62,510 nt of DNA from Neovahlkampfia damariscottae (taxonomy: Eukaryota): contig JABLTG010000124.1 of the NCBI GenBank assembly GCA_016618085.1, positions 1 to 62,510 on the forward strand, written 5' to 3'. Positions 60,210 to 62,510 of this stretch are shown piece after piece. How positions within the stretch are numbered: position 1 is the first letter of the stretch; every line of letters starts with the position of its first letter. The notes beneath the pieces are model-generated. The model was not told the DNA's origin. It searched no databases and saw only the letters and a program-made list of their open reading frames with translations. Position numbers and translations under genes: made by a program.

Positions 60210-61345
60210 ATGAGTGAAGAAACGGATTTTGTTGTTTGTAGATCAAATGAATACATGAGAATAGCACCTATAGTTTCAATGTCCTTCAATACTCTTTCTT
60301 TCATTTCAACAAGTTTAGTTTTGATTTCATTACTTTTAAAAAAAAGAGAAACAACAAAGATTGATTCAAAACAAAAACTATTTTCAAGTCTTTTACAGAC
60401 CTCTATTTTTTGTTTAATACTGACAGATTTACTTACTGAAATGTTTTACATGCCAACTTTGGTTATCAATCTTGCATCATATTCGTTTGAACATGTTGGT
60501 AAAACACTTTTGACAATAATTTGGATTGGGAGTCAACTGTCTGAATCATTTGTTTTAGGTTCAGGTTTATGGGCTTTTTTGATTTCTTTATGTATTTTAA
60601 TTTGTTTAAGGTGAATTTTTTCTTATTTTTTAACAATCAAGAACTACAAAAACCAAAGATGAAGACAAGGACTTTTATGCTGAAGAGTTAAAGTATAGAT
60701 CAATATTTGTTCTGATAGGTTGGGGTTTCCCACTAATTCATGCTGTTTTTTGGATAAATACCAATTTAAGATTTCAGTATTATTATTATACCTTTTAACG
60801 ATTTAAGAGCATGGCCACGAAGTATAAATGAGTATTTCATAGGCTCTTTAATTTCTAATGGGTATCATTCACTATCATATGTTATTATTGAATCAGCTTC
60901 AACAATCATTAGATTATTAATTTTCACACAAATCAGAAGTGTTCCTATCTTTGATAAAAAATTTCAACAAAAAATGAGATTTATACTGACAAAAGTATTA
61001 CTTTATACACTTCCTTTCACGGTTACTTGCTTTTTTTTGACCCTTCAAAGGGAGTACACAGACATTGAAAGATTGGTAAACTTATCAACTCAGAAAATGG
61101 TGAATATATTTTGCATGTCAGACGTTTCATTTGTTTTTAGATCTCTTCATTCTGTTATGTTTCCTCTGAGGGGAACAATGAATGCATTGGTATTTATGTT
61201 TTTTTTTTAACTTTTTTCGATGAAGATTTATTGTGTCTTGTCTGAATGGTTTTTGGATAAAGTTAAAAAATTTTGTTTTTGTAGAAGAGAATTATCTATT
61301 CAGAAAGATGATTATGAGAGTATGAATAATTTGTACTTCTCATAA
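60210..61345 (+). CDS. 7-TM GPCR-like protein (cAMP receptor/GCR1-like), 4 exons
   Basis: IFCLILTDL, SGLWAFLIS, IGWGFPL, LLYTLPF and FPLRGTMNALIYC helices. Confidence 0.72.
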
Positions 61346-62213
61346 TCCATCAAATAGTTCACTGCAAGTTGAGGCTTCAGTGCCAGGTTCTTATTAAAAA
61401 AAATTAACAACAAAACGAAAGGTTACATCCACACAGACCTTTACAAGGCCTCTATAATTAAAGATCCATACTTCAGATTTAATGATGTTGAATACCGTTG
61501 GATATCAAAAGTAAACTGGACATATGAAAGAACATTTGAAATCAAAAACTCAAAAAATTATGTACTTGATAGCTGAAGGAATAGACACAATTTCTGTCAT
61601 CAAAATTAATGGAAATATCGCTGGAAAAACGGAGAATCAATTCAGACGTTATAAATTTGATGTTAAAAATCACTTAAAAGTGGGTTTGAATCATATAGAG
61701 GTTACTTTTTATAATACCATTGAATATTCTGAACATCAAAAAAATTTGTATCCTTATAAAGTTCCACATGATTATCATGAATTTTCAAATGGTGAACAAA
61801 ATAGAAATTTCATTAGAAAGTCACAATGTTCTTATTCATGGGGTACACTTGATTTATTTTTTATAGTTTTTTTAACAGATTGGGGACCTTCTTATCCAGC
61901 ACAAGGAATTTGGAAACCGATTTATATTTTAGGACTCCAAAAGTCAGTTCATTTAGAAGAGTTTGTTTCAAAGGTATATCATACAGATGGAAAATTTCAT
62001 ATACAAGTTTGTGATAATTTCATTTGTTTTTAAATTTTCAAGGTAAATGTTAAATTGATCTCTGAAAATGTGAAAAATGTCAAAATTGTTTTGACAATGA
62101 AAAATACAAAATTGGAAAAAGAGGTTGAATTAATAGATGGATCAAATGATTTTAAGCTAGTTTTACATCCAGAAAATGTAAAACGATGGTTTCCTGTTGG
62201 ATACGGCCAATGA
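61346..62213 (+). pseudogene. GH2 beta-mannosidase N-terminal fragment
   Basis: ASVPG|YIHTDL..DPYFRFND, EGIDT, NQFRRY, RNFIRKSQCSYSW|DWGP and WFPVGYG motifs; no start codon, a frameshift near 61550, and a stop at 62211 before the catalytic barrel. Confidence 0.8.
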
Positions 62214-62280
62214 ATTGATGGTTATTGTGATAAAAGTGGCCAATTAGATTTAATTTTGCCAGTTATTTTTAGAATTTTTA
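62206..62280 (+). repeat. 75-bp exact duplication, copy 2, truncating the beta-mannosidase
   Basis: Identical to 57299-57373. Confidence 0.95.
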
Positions 62281-62357
62281 CTTGAAGTTGTTCAAGTTGA
62301 ACAAAAAAGACCTTTTGTTCAACTAGAAAATACTGAAAAAGATCTCAAGTATTTAAA

Positions 62358-62510
62358 ATGTCCAAACAGCTCAAATTGGATTCATTTTGGAAAGAAAAAA
62401 ATGTTACTTCAACATCAACAACAGAAGTGATAAAAAAGAGAAAACTTGAAGAAACAAAAAGTTCAACAAAAGAAACAGGAAATATGAAATCAACATATAA
62501 ACAAGGAAAA
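62358..62510 (+). CDS. 5' end of an ORF with an N-terminal PCNA-binding PIP box and NLS (runs off the window)
   Basis: MSKQLKLDSFW matches QxxLxxF[FW]; KKRK follows; frame stays open to the window end. Confidence 0.55.
   Translation, partial: MSKQLKLDSFWKEKNVTSTSTTEVIKKRKLEETKSSTKETGNMKSTYKQGK

Noticed and set aside
62280..62330. Helitron 3' end (hairpin plus CTAG)
   Set aside because: The hairpin is AT-rich, CTAG overlaps the stem instead of lying about 10 nt downstream, and it is not followed by T; kept only as a weak hypothesis
1..62510. Alternative genetic code, CRISPR array, rRNA or autonomous transposon
   Set aside because: Conserved genes end at TAA/TGA/TAG, and in-frame stops are explained by introns; no repeat-spacer array, rRNA, transposase or reverse transcriptase motifs were seen

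Overview
Chromosome end of a very AT-rich, gene-dense eukaryotic microbe using the standard genetic code, with GT-AG introns of about 30-47 nt. A heterolobosean/discoban-like amoeba is my inference, not a demonstrated assignment. The window opens with a (CCCAAA)n/(TTTGGG)n telomere that runs almost directly into a decayed, 5'-truncated copy of a gene found at 57.4 kb. It contains two tRNAs (Lys-TTT, Val-AAC) and about 30 protein genes, most with a CCAAT/ATTGG box roughly 10-50 nt from the ATG. Highlights: (1) a probable FANCA homolog, a Fanconi anaemia core-complex subunit usually considered animal-restricted. (2) An exact 75-bp CCAAT-bearing cassette copied into a broken beta-mannosidase at a microhomology junction, within a mosaic of gene fragments. 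(3) A secreted protein carrying a large RGG/RS polycationic tract. (4) A membrane-anchored double PX-BAR sorting nexin. (5) A SerA-like enzyme lacking the canonical active-site Arg. (6) Almost pure poly(A) introns and cryptic multi-exon micro-ORFs. All family calls come from motif recognition by eye; no searches were run. Some frameshifts lie in homopolymers and may be assembly errors.
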